A DNA stretch of 63,944 nucleotides, the filler included, from Fonticula-like sp. SCN 57-25 (taxonomy: Eukaryota): assembly GCA_001724245.1 (NCBI GenBank). It is 3 parts of 3 records of this genome, joined end to end, with 100 filler letters (N's around TTAATTAATTAA, not from the genome) between each part and the next. Parts side by side here need not be neighbours in the genome. Positions count along the whole stretch, not along the records: positions 1 to 24,260 come from MEDX01000064.1; positions 24,361 to 48,448 come from MEDX01000065.1; 1 more part is not named here. One strand, 5' to 3'. Below, in pieces: positions 23,801 to 32,614 of the stretch (its first letter is position 1; each line of letters starts with the position of its first letter). The notes under the pieces are model-generated. The model ran no database searches. It saw only the letters and a list, made by a program, of their open reading frames with translations, and was not told the origin of the DNA. The position numbers were made by a program, and so were the translations under genes.

Positions 23801-24260
23801 CCAGGTGCCAGCGCGGCGCCAGGTAGCGGCGCATGGTTGGGATCCCTGCTTTGAGCCGCGGAATGGAAATATCCGGGGTCAGGAAGCAGAGCTGCGCAAT
23901 CAGGCGGGAGCCGAGCACCACGGTGCGGGAATCGAGTCGGTGGCTCAGGAGCATCAACGGCCAAAGCATGACTTCGGTGACAACCGCCGACGAGAGGGTC
24001 TGCAAGCGGATCGCCAACGAGATGCGGCGGTCGGCCACCTTGCTGTCGGTGAGGATGGATAGGAGCGTCTCCAGCACCCAGTTGCGCAGGCGCACCTGGC
24101 GCATCGTCGACAGGAATGTTGCGCCCAACACATCGCGGAACACACGGCGCGGGAGCAGCGCGATCAACGTCTCGCCTTCGGCAAGCGCCAGCGAGAGGCG
24201 CCGAGCCGTGTTGCTATCGGCCCCGCCTGCTGTGGTGACCGACGGCAGCGACAAGGAGTG
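17856..24260 (-). CDS. PH-BEACH-WD40-FYVE protein (WDFY3/ALFY/Bph1-like), 5'-truncated at gap
   Basis: ORF of more than 2100 aa with [60 protein letters not shown], WD repeats and terminal CxxC FYVE-like finger. Confidence 0.93.
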   Translation of the reverse strand, partial: [2134 protein letters not shown]

Positions 24261-24360
24261 NNNNNNNNNNNNNNNNNNNNNNNNNNNNNNNNNNNNNNNN
24301 NNNNTTAATTAATTAANNNNNNNNNNNNNNNNNNNNNNNNNNNNNNNNNNNNNNNNNNNN
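24261..24360. other. Assembly spacer: 44 N + TTAATTAATTAA + 44 N
   Basis: Six-frame stop linker embedded in Ns. Genes on both sides are truncated. Confidence 0.97.
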
Positions 24361-24948
24361 GACGGCCGCACATACGCGCCAGTGTGCTTGGTCAATTCAA
24401 TCATGCGCGTCTTATCGCCGAGGATCGACCCGCCCGTCCGCGTCGACGAGGGATCCACCGCCTTTGACGTGTATACATGAGGGCGTGATAACAAGGCACA
24501 AGCGTCGTACCAGCACCGCGACGCGCTTGTCGTTCTCGATAATGTGGATGCCCAGCGTCTCAATAAAAGACGACTTTCCCACGCCGGGCGATCCCGACAG
24601 GCCGATGCGCAGCGACTTGAATTTCTGCCAACCACACACCGTCAGAGTCACCATATAGCATGATATACCCAAGCGTACGCTCTTGTGCAAGTACGCGAGC
24701 GTGAGCTCCATGAGGTGGTGCGCCTGGATCCTGTGCGCGCGGTTGGTCGACTCGACGAGGGTGATGGCGCGAGCGAGGCTATACCGGTCCCCGCCCACGA
24801 CCTTTTCATGCAGCTCGCGCGTCGCATCCGAGACGGGCATGGACGACGCCTCGGCCGCCACGCTAGGCAGGACGGCTAGCCTGCGCGCGGGCATCGCCCA
24901 CGCGATGCGCGCCGACACCCACGCAGTGCTGCTCGGCCGCCTCCACAT
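24361..24948 (-). CDS. MMAA: Methylmalonyl-CoA mutase-associated GTPase (MMAA/MeaB), 3'-truncated at gap
   Basis: Presequence, [29 protein letters not shown]-loop, [22 protein letters not shown]. Confidence 0.93.
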
Positions 24949-25066
24949 CGCAAACTGCAAAGTGACAGGCAAACTGCAATCTGATTTGTTTGAAACGGAC
25001 GAAAGGAGAAAAACAACAGAAAAGTGTTTTCTGCGGTCAACCAGCCAGGGAAGAGGAGTGTCGGAC

Positions 25067-27329
25067 ATGCCGCAGCCTCCATTCAAGGGTTCGTCCGCTC
25101 GCGCGCGTATCGCTCGCTGACACACTGTAACCTTTATCTAGTCAAGGTCTTGTATGACTACGCGCGTCAGGGCGACGACGAGCTGACGCTCGTCAAGGGC
25201 GCCATCGTGACGGTGACCTCACTGGTGGCCGAGGGCTGGTGGGACGGCAAGCTTGCGGACGGGAGCCACGGCATGTTCCCGAACAACTTTGTCGAGGTGT
25301 ATGTCGAGGAAGTGAAGCCGCCGCCGATGCCGCCGCGCAACACGGCGCCGCCCGCCAAGCCCAAGAAGTTGGCCCGCGCGCTCCACAGGTACGATGCGGC
25401 CGACAATACGGAGCTCAGCCTTCAGGTCGACGACCTCATCACCGTCACCGAGGAGGTGCGGAACACACTAGGCGAAAAGGCGGCTTAGCTGACGTGTGCC
25501 TGGTAGGTTGATGAGGGATGGTGGATGGGCGAGCTGCACGGCAAGTCGGGCATGTTCCCCAGCAACTTTGTCCGCCTCGAGACGACGACGGCGACGGCAC
25601 CCGCGGCCGCGGCATCGACATCCCGCCCGGTCCCCGCGACGCCCGAGGCCGCGCAGCCGCAAGCCGCGCAGCCGCACGCCGCCGAGCCCCATCACGAGGA
25701 GCCCGCGCCCCCCGCCGAGCCTGGTGCGCGCGATCCCCCTCGTTTTCGTGCTGCCGCTTACCGCACTGATGCGCAGAGGTTAAGGATCCTAGTACGCCCA
25801 CGACACTCGCTCATAGTTTTCCGTCCCCCTCTCCTTTTCTTTTGTGAACTGTTTTCTGACGCCGCGGCGCCCTTTACAGTGAGCCGCATCAAAAAGTTTG
25901 GCGTTTCGATGGGCGGCGGCCTTCCGCTCGGCGGTGTCGGCGCCTTCCCTAAGCTCAAAAAGGTGTGCCCTTGTCGAGCAGCTTTAGAGTGCTGACACCA
26001 TGCGCGAACAGACTTCGGAGCCGGCGCACGCTGCCCCCGCTGCCCCCGCGGCTGCCGCGCCGCCCGCCGAGGAGCCGCGCCACGAGGAGCCCGCCGCGGC
26101 GGCCGAGCCCGGCACGCGCACGTCGCGCAGCGGCAGCATCCCGCTCCTCCCCAAGGTGCGCTCACAGTTTTACACACTCACGGCGGTGCTCACGTGGCGG
26201 ATATTTCCCTTTTCCGTTCATTTTGCAGAGTGAGGAGGCTACCCCTGTTGCTGCCTCCCCTGTCGCTCCAGAGGAGGAGGCCAAGCCCGTTCGCCTCCCC
26301 GAGATTGACTTTACGCAAAAGCCGGTGCTGCGCAAGACGGAGAGCGCCGCTGTTGTCGGCGGCGCCGTGACGGAAGCCCCCGCTGAGCGCCGCCGGTTCG
26401 CGCCGCCGCCCGTCGCGCGCCAACAGACGTCAGAGGTCTCGGACGAGCTCGCGCTCAAGATGCAGCGCATCGCCAAGCGCAACATGGACGAAGGGTCGAC
26501 GCCGGCGCCGGCGCCGCACGCGGCCGCCGACCACGCGGCCACACACACCGCCGCCCCTGTGGCCAGGCCCGTTTCCGACAGCCAGGTACGCCCCCGGGTT
26601 GCATGCGTCTTGCGCCGCTAACCAGGCAGCGTAGCCCAAGCCCGAGGTTCCGTCGTTCAACAAGCCGAGGGCACCGCCGCCGGCCGTCGCAAAGCGCAAC
26701 ACCATCACGCGTGCGTGCAGACTTTTCTTGTGCGTTGATGCTCACCTTGCTACTTTCCTTTGACAGAGGCCGAGCCTGAGGCGCCCAAGCCCGCCGAGCC
26801 CGCCGCCGAGCCCGTCGTCGCTGAGGCCCCCAAGCCCGAGCCGGTCGCTGCCGCGGTCGCTGTTGCTGAGGCGCCGGTCGAGAAGGCGCCTTCTCGGCCG
26901 CCGTCGACTGCCGACAAGCTTGCAGAGAAGCCTGCGGAGAAGCCCGCGGATAAGCCTGCCGAGAGGCCCGTGTCTGCTGCGGTCGAGAAGCCCGCGCCGC
27001 CGCCGGCTACGAGCAAGCCTGGGCCGCCGCCGACACCCGAGCGGACATCCGTGCCGCATGCCGCTGCCGCACCCGCCGCTGCCGCGCCCGCCACGCCGCC
27101 TTCTACTGAAAAGGAAGCGTCACCGGCGCGCGCGGCCGCCCCGCCGCCGGTGGCGCGCCGCTCGATGGTCAAGTCGACCGCCGACCTTCCCAACAATGTG
27201 CCTGTTGAGATCCGCATGTGGTTGACGGGCGAGCTCGCCGAGTTGCACGCGCAGCTCAACGAGGAGCGCGCGGCGCGCAAGGCGCTAGAGGAGCGCGTTA
27301 ATCAGTTGGAGGCGCAGGCGCACCACTGA
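25067..27329 (+). CDS. CIN85/CD2AP-like adaptor: two SH3 domains, proline-rich region, C-terminal coiled coil (multi-exon)
   Basis: Two SH3 domains (YDY..DELTL..EGWW..GMFPNNFV; YDA..ELSL..EGWW..GMFPSNFV), PxxPPR motifs, LKKT/LRKT motifs and LNEERAARKALEERV coil. Confidence 0.72.
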
Positions 27330-27662
27330 GAGTGTTTTTTATGATTTGTTTTTTGTTCTTTCCCCTTTCTCTGCCTCGTGCACGTGTTGGATGTGTTTCA
27401 CTTTAATCATACGTCACTTGCCGCCTTGGTGTTTCCGGATCGGGCGTGGATGATGTGCTATATACTTATCTCTAGCAATACAGTGTGTTTCAACAGAATC
27501 ATCACCTTTTATTGGAATAAGGCCAATGGAGGCAGCCAATGAAAGCACACTGACACTGAAAGACTCGACATACATAAACTGAAAAATATACCAAAACAGA
27601 TGCAATTGTACAACTTGAACACTCTAGAAAAGGGCAACGAATGGCCCAAAAATGTGTCAAAA

Positions 27663-30600
27663 TCATGCGGGCAACGTCGTCCCGCTCGCAAAGACGGCGC
27701 AGTAGACGTTTGCCATCAATAGTGTCGCGCTCACCAGCGCGCACACTGCATTTCCCTCGCTCCTTGTCCTCTCTGCGAGCAGCATCCACCCCCCAAACCA
27801 CATGAGCGCGGCCGTGTACAGCACGAGCGCCATCTGCCCCGCCATGCTGCCAAACGACGCGAGGTACGCCGCCTGCAGCAGCCAAAAGAGCACGTGCCGC
27901 ATAAACAGCGACGCGCCGACAAACAGCGGCGCGCCGCTGTCCATCGCGACGGCACCCATGACGGTCGACACCGCCATCGGCATCGCCACAAACGACGCGC
28001 ACTGCCCGACGTACATGAGGCGCTCCGAGTACGTCGGGAGCGACTCGACGACGGGCCGCGACAGGATCGGCAGCAGCAAAATGAAGCAGAACGGCACGCA
28101 CGCCAGCGCGGCAATGCCCAGCGGCGAGCCGAGACGCGGCGCCAGCTTGAGCGGCAGCGTGACCGTGTCGAGCAACGAATCCAAAAAGGTCGGCGGGCGA
28201 ACCGGGACGTGCGGCTGGAACGCCGCGTTGTCGTCCGCGCGGCCGACAGCGCCTGCAGCAGCCGCCGCGTCGTCCGAAGCAAAGCCGAGCGGCGGCGACT
28301 GCGGCGACGAGAGGCTCCCGGCCAGCGACGTCGCAGTGAGCGACCGCTGCGAGCCCTGACGGTGGAACGTCCCGCCGGGCAGCGGCGACGTCAACGCAAT
28401 CTCGGAGCGAATCAGCTGACACAGGTCGCGGATGTAATCGCGAACGGCGCCGATGCACAGCCGCGAAATCATCGCTGCAAACAGTAAGTGGTCAGCACGA
28501 GCGATACACAATGTTGGCAAGGGCGCACCGCGCAGCAGGGTCGACTTGCGGAAGTGGACGCGGACGGACGCGTGGATCCGCGTCGTCGTCGGCGACATAA
28601 AGGTAAGGCAGTAGCGCGTGAACGAGTGGAAGACATCGCCGTACGGCACGTCGGGGTTTTCGACGCTCACTTCGACGACGTAGCACTCGTGCGGGATGAC
28701 AGTCGTGCGTTGGTGCGTCTCAATGGTAAGGGCGCAGGGGTTGCGAGCTGAAATTAAAGGATGAGCAAGTGAGAAAAAGTCAAAAATAGCCACAAAAGCC
28801 ATGGAAATCACGCTTCAAAAATAAAAAATAACACAATAGCACTCGGCGTACACATGGGGTTCTTGACAGGGAAATTGTACCGAACGACGCGCTTGACGTA
28901 GCCGCCCTTCCCATCCGCCTCTTCGATCCTCTCGCTCACGTCCTGCAGCCTCCTCCTCTTCTCCATCTTTCCCATCATCGGCGACCCGCTCGCCCACATC
29001 ATCGCGTCGACCGTGTCGATGAACGCCGGGAAAACTTCGTCCAGCACGACCGTATCGTAGTGCTCTGCGCACGGGCAGCTGACCGGGTGCTGCGGCATCA
29101 CAATCTCTGGCGCCGCCACCGCCGCGTTCACGGAAGAAGATCCACCGCTGCTCGCCGACGCGGCATCGTCAATCGCCCCGAGCACGTCGTCCGACGGCGC
29201 AACAGTGGCGCTCTCGTCACCGGCTGCGCTGCCGCTCGCGTCGGACATCGGGTCCTTGCTGCTCTTCCGCTTGATCCGCATGGCCACGATGCGGTCGTTG
29301 ATGCGCTTAAAGTCCTGCCCCATCTGCGAAAAGGGCCGCGCGCCTTCCGTCCGCAGGCGGCGCATCGCCTTTTTAATATCCGCCTTGATAATGTCATTGT
29401 TCGTCTTGAGCTGCTCTGAAATGTCGCGCAGCCACGAGTCGACGCTCGCGAGGTCGCCGTCGAGCGTGTCGTCGCCTTCCGGCCGCGAACCCAGCGACTT
29501 TGAGCTGCCGCTGCTGGCACCGCCGCGCGACGCGGCGGGAAGCTTGCCCGACGTGCGGCTCGGTGGCGACGACATGAAAAACTCTTCTTCACCCGACGAG
29601 CTGCCCGAGTCGTAGTCGCTCACGATACGCAGCGGCGACGTCCCACGGCCGCTCGACGCAGCCGGCGAAGGCGCGTAAAGGCCACTGCTGCCGCTGCTGC
29701 CGTCGCGCGCAAACTCGTCACTGGCGGCCTCTGTGCGGTGCGGCCCGCGGTGGCGCAGCCCGTCGCGCGACGCGGACAGCAGCGAAACGCCGTCTTCAAT
29801 CGATTCGTGCGAGCCGCTGCTACCGCTGAGCATTGGCGCCGTGTCGGCGTCCTCGCTGGCGGCAGAGTACGGCCCGTCGGTCGACGCGCGCTCGTCGCTC
29901 GACGACTGCGACTCGTTCAGCGGCGCGTCCGGCACGACCAACAGGGTGGTCGCCGCCGCCGCCGACTTTTGCCCCGACGAGCTGCTGTCCGACACGGACG
30001 ACGACATTGACGTCGTGCGCTTGCGTGTGCGCGCGCCGGTGCACTTTTCGACTGCCAAAATCCACGCGTCGCGCTCCGCCTGCGTGTCGGCAGCGAGCGA
30101 GTACGTGCGGTCGGGCGTGTACACTAGCATGCCTTCGGCCATGCGCGGGTTCGGGCGCACGCGCGCGCCCTCCGTCAGGTCGATTAGGCATCGCACCGTG
30201 TTGGGGTCATTGCGCTCCTCTTGCTGATTGTCATAGTACACGAGCGTCTGCTCGCGCAGCACAAACCACCGGAGCTTCCACGTCTTTACACCGTGGTCGC
30301 CCTGCTTACGCAGCATTCCGCGGCGAAGTACAGGCGTCTCAATCATCGACCGGTCGTACGCGCGCTCCTTTCGAGGCGGGATAATCTTGGGAAACTAAAC
30401 AAGACGGCACCCTGCGTCAGTGAAACATTTACGAGGAGAACCCCGCGTACCATATTGGTGAGCGACCCACTGGACCACTGCATAAAAGTCTTTGACCCGT
30501 CCTCGCTTCCGCCGCTGCCGTCTACGCGGCCGCCCGTCTTGGCGACGCACATGCCACACACGCGCTGCGACGAGTCCGTCGCGCCGCGCGCCCGCACAGT

Positions 30601-31334
30601 GCACGACAGGCAAGCGTACCGCCCGCACGCGCGACACTGAACGCCCGGCTTGGAGGCCGAAAACACCACTTCGCACACCGTGCAGGCAGCGTTGCTATCA
30701 AGATCCGCTTGTGAAGACTCGTGGGAAGCGATCTTTATTGTCGCGCTCGCCTTGACTGGCGTCGGCAACGGTGAGTCGGGCTGGCCCGCCGCCCCGGCCG
30801 CCACGAGCGCGTCATGCCACGCGTTCCGCACCGCCTGCGTCGAGAACCCGATTACGCGGCTGTCGGCGGGGTTGACGCGCGAGCCGATGTGCAGCGCGGG
30901 GCGCTTCGTCGGCGACTGCTCGGCGGTCCACCGGTTAACCATGCACTCGGCGATCGGCCACGAAAGGTCCTCGCTAAACCCCTCAGATCTGCGCGTCGCG
31001 ATTGGTTAGACGGGGGGAGACGAGGCAGCTAGCGCGCGTACCTAAACGCGCCGTCCTCGAGCGGCGCCGCTCGCGTCCCTAGCGAAAGCACATCATCATA
31101 CAAGACAAGCTCCTTCTTTTGGCCCTCGGCGTTAAAGCACGCGCCGTGCTTTAGCACCGCCTGGTTGGGCATCCGCACGCCCATGCTCGGCTGGCCCGGC
31201 GCTGACTGGTCCTCGGCCGGCGGCAAATCCTGCGCCGCCGACTCGATCTCCTCCTCCCGCTGGACGGCCTTTGGAGCGTCGCTGTCGCCGGACGCACTGT
31301 TGACCGTGTCGGGGGGCACCAAGTTCGACGCCAT
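27663..31334 (-). CDS. PH + FYVE-like + PH + VASt (StART-like) lipid-transfer protein with C-terminal TM bundle (multi-exon)
   Basis: PH (..RNAWHDAL), CxxC zinc finger, PH (GMLRKQG..KTWKLRWFVL..RDAWI), VASt (PDVPYGDVFH..RYCL) and several hydrophobic helices. Confidence 0.75.
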
Positions 31335-31936
31335 ATAAGCCAATATTCTAGCCTATATTCTACCGAAAGGTGGGGGCCCACTTCTCACGCGTCCCCCGGA
31401 CAACACTCAACTATTTCCATAAACAGAAGGGAATTCCCCCCCAGACTCATCACGCCACATTTGTCGCATGTGACTCACCCCAGACTAGTTCCTTATTGGG
31501 GGTGGATTCGAAAAGGCGATCGCGAAGCCATTCGTCCGGACCCACCCATAATTACCCGGACACAACCAAGCCTATGTATCCATAACATTCCCACAATATA
31601 GTATGGAGAGGGTCCATAATCGTATAGTATCTCGACAAAGTACGCGCGCGGACATGTCTATACTGAAATTGCGTCGAGAAATGTACGTGGGCGCCTGCTG
31701 GAGATTGTATTGAGTGGTTGTGCGGCAGGAGCCAGACCAATTGAACACAATTCCTCCTGATGTCCAATATAAAATATCCCTATCGTCATTGCAGCGTAAT
31801 CATCGTTCGAGCATGTTGCGCAAATAATATTATGGAGCATTTCAGTCGGGTAATTAAAGTACAGGCGCAGCAATAAAGGAAATAAGTGCCGCTCTAAATA
31901 ATACACATACGGTAGTCCGTCGCGATTCTACTCCAC

Positions 31937-32531
31937 TCACATGACATTCTCCAGCATAATTTGAAGCTCGTCAACGTGCCGCCTCGCGCGCTCGACCAGC
32001 GCCGTCGGCTCCAGCTGCGGCATCTTGTCCTTGGCGACCTGCGCATACGCAGCCAGAACCTGCTCGCGGCGTAAGCAAAGAAAGGGAATTAGACGCGGCA
32101 ACGCACCAGTCCATTAAGGTTGAATGCCACCAAAACGTGGTCGTCGCCCTTGACGACAATGGAAGGAACGCTGCTCGCGCCAATGCTCTCGGCTATCCGA
32201 GAATCAGAAGACGCCCACGCAAGGCATAAAGGTATATTCGTACCGAGCAAGTTCATTGCCGACTGTATTTCTGGTGTGAGCATAAGCGACTCTAGAAGCT
32301 CGGGCGAAAGGCTCTTTGTCCTCCAGCTGAGCGCGTGGCGGTTAGCAACGGCAGGGGCACAAGCGCGACGCACATTGGCTCCACAGACCCGTCCGTAAAG
32401 AGGCACGCATACGCAAACCGCCCCCCAAAGTCGCCCACAACGTCCTTCTCCATCAGCGTAATTTTCCGCTGTATGCTCGCCGACATCTTGTTCACAACGC
32501 CCGACGATGCGCGGCATGTCCCGGAACTCAT
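31937..32531 (-). CDS. Small roadblock/LAMTOR-like protein, 3 exons (tentative family)
   Basis: Two GTGCGT..CAG introns give a continuous frame of about 165 aa. AWASSD...SIVVKGDDHVLVAFNLNGLVLAAYAQ resembles the LAMTOR2/3 helix-strand pattern. Confidence 0.5.
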
Positions 32532-32614
32532 GGCGGCAATCACTAAAATGCCACTTGGCTCCCAAATCAAACTGATTTTACTGAGAGAGAGATACAAAGT
32601 GGTCATTGGTCACG

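Noticed and set aside
24305-24316. TTAATTAATTAA palindrome (also 48493-48504) as a biological element or piggyBac TTAA site
   Set aside because: Centred in identical 100-bp N blocks. It is a standard six-frame-stop assembly linker.
31496-31547. tRNA-like TTCGAATCC..CCA on the - strand
   Set aside because: Only about 50 nt, no T-stem pairing, no D or anticodon arms.
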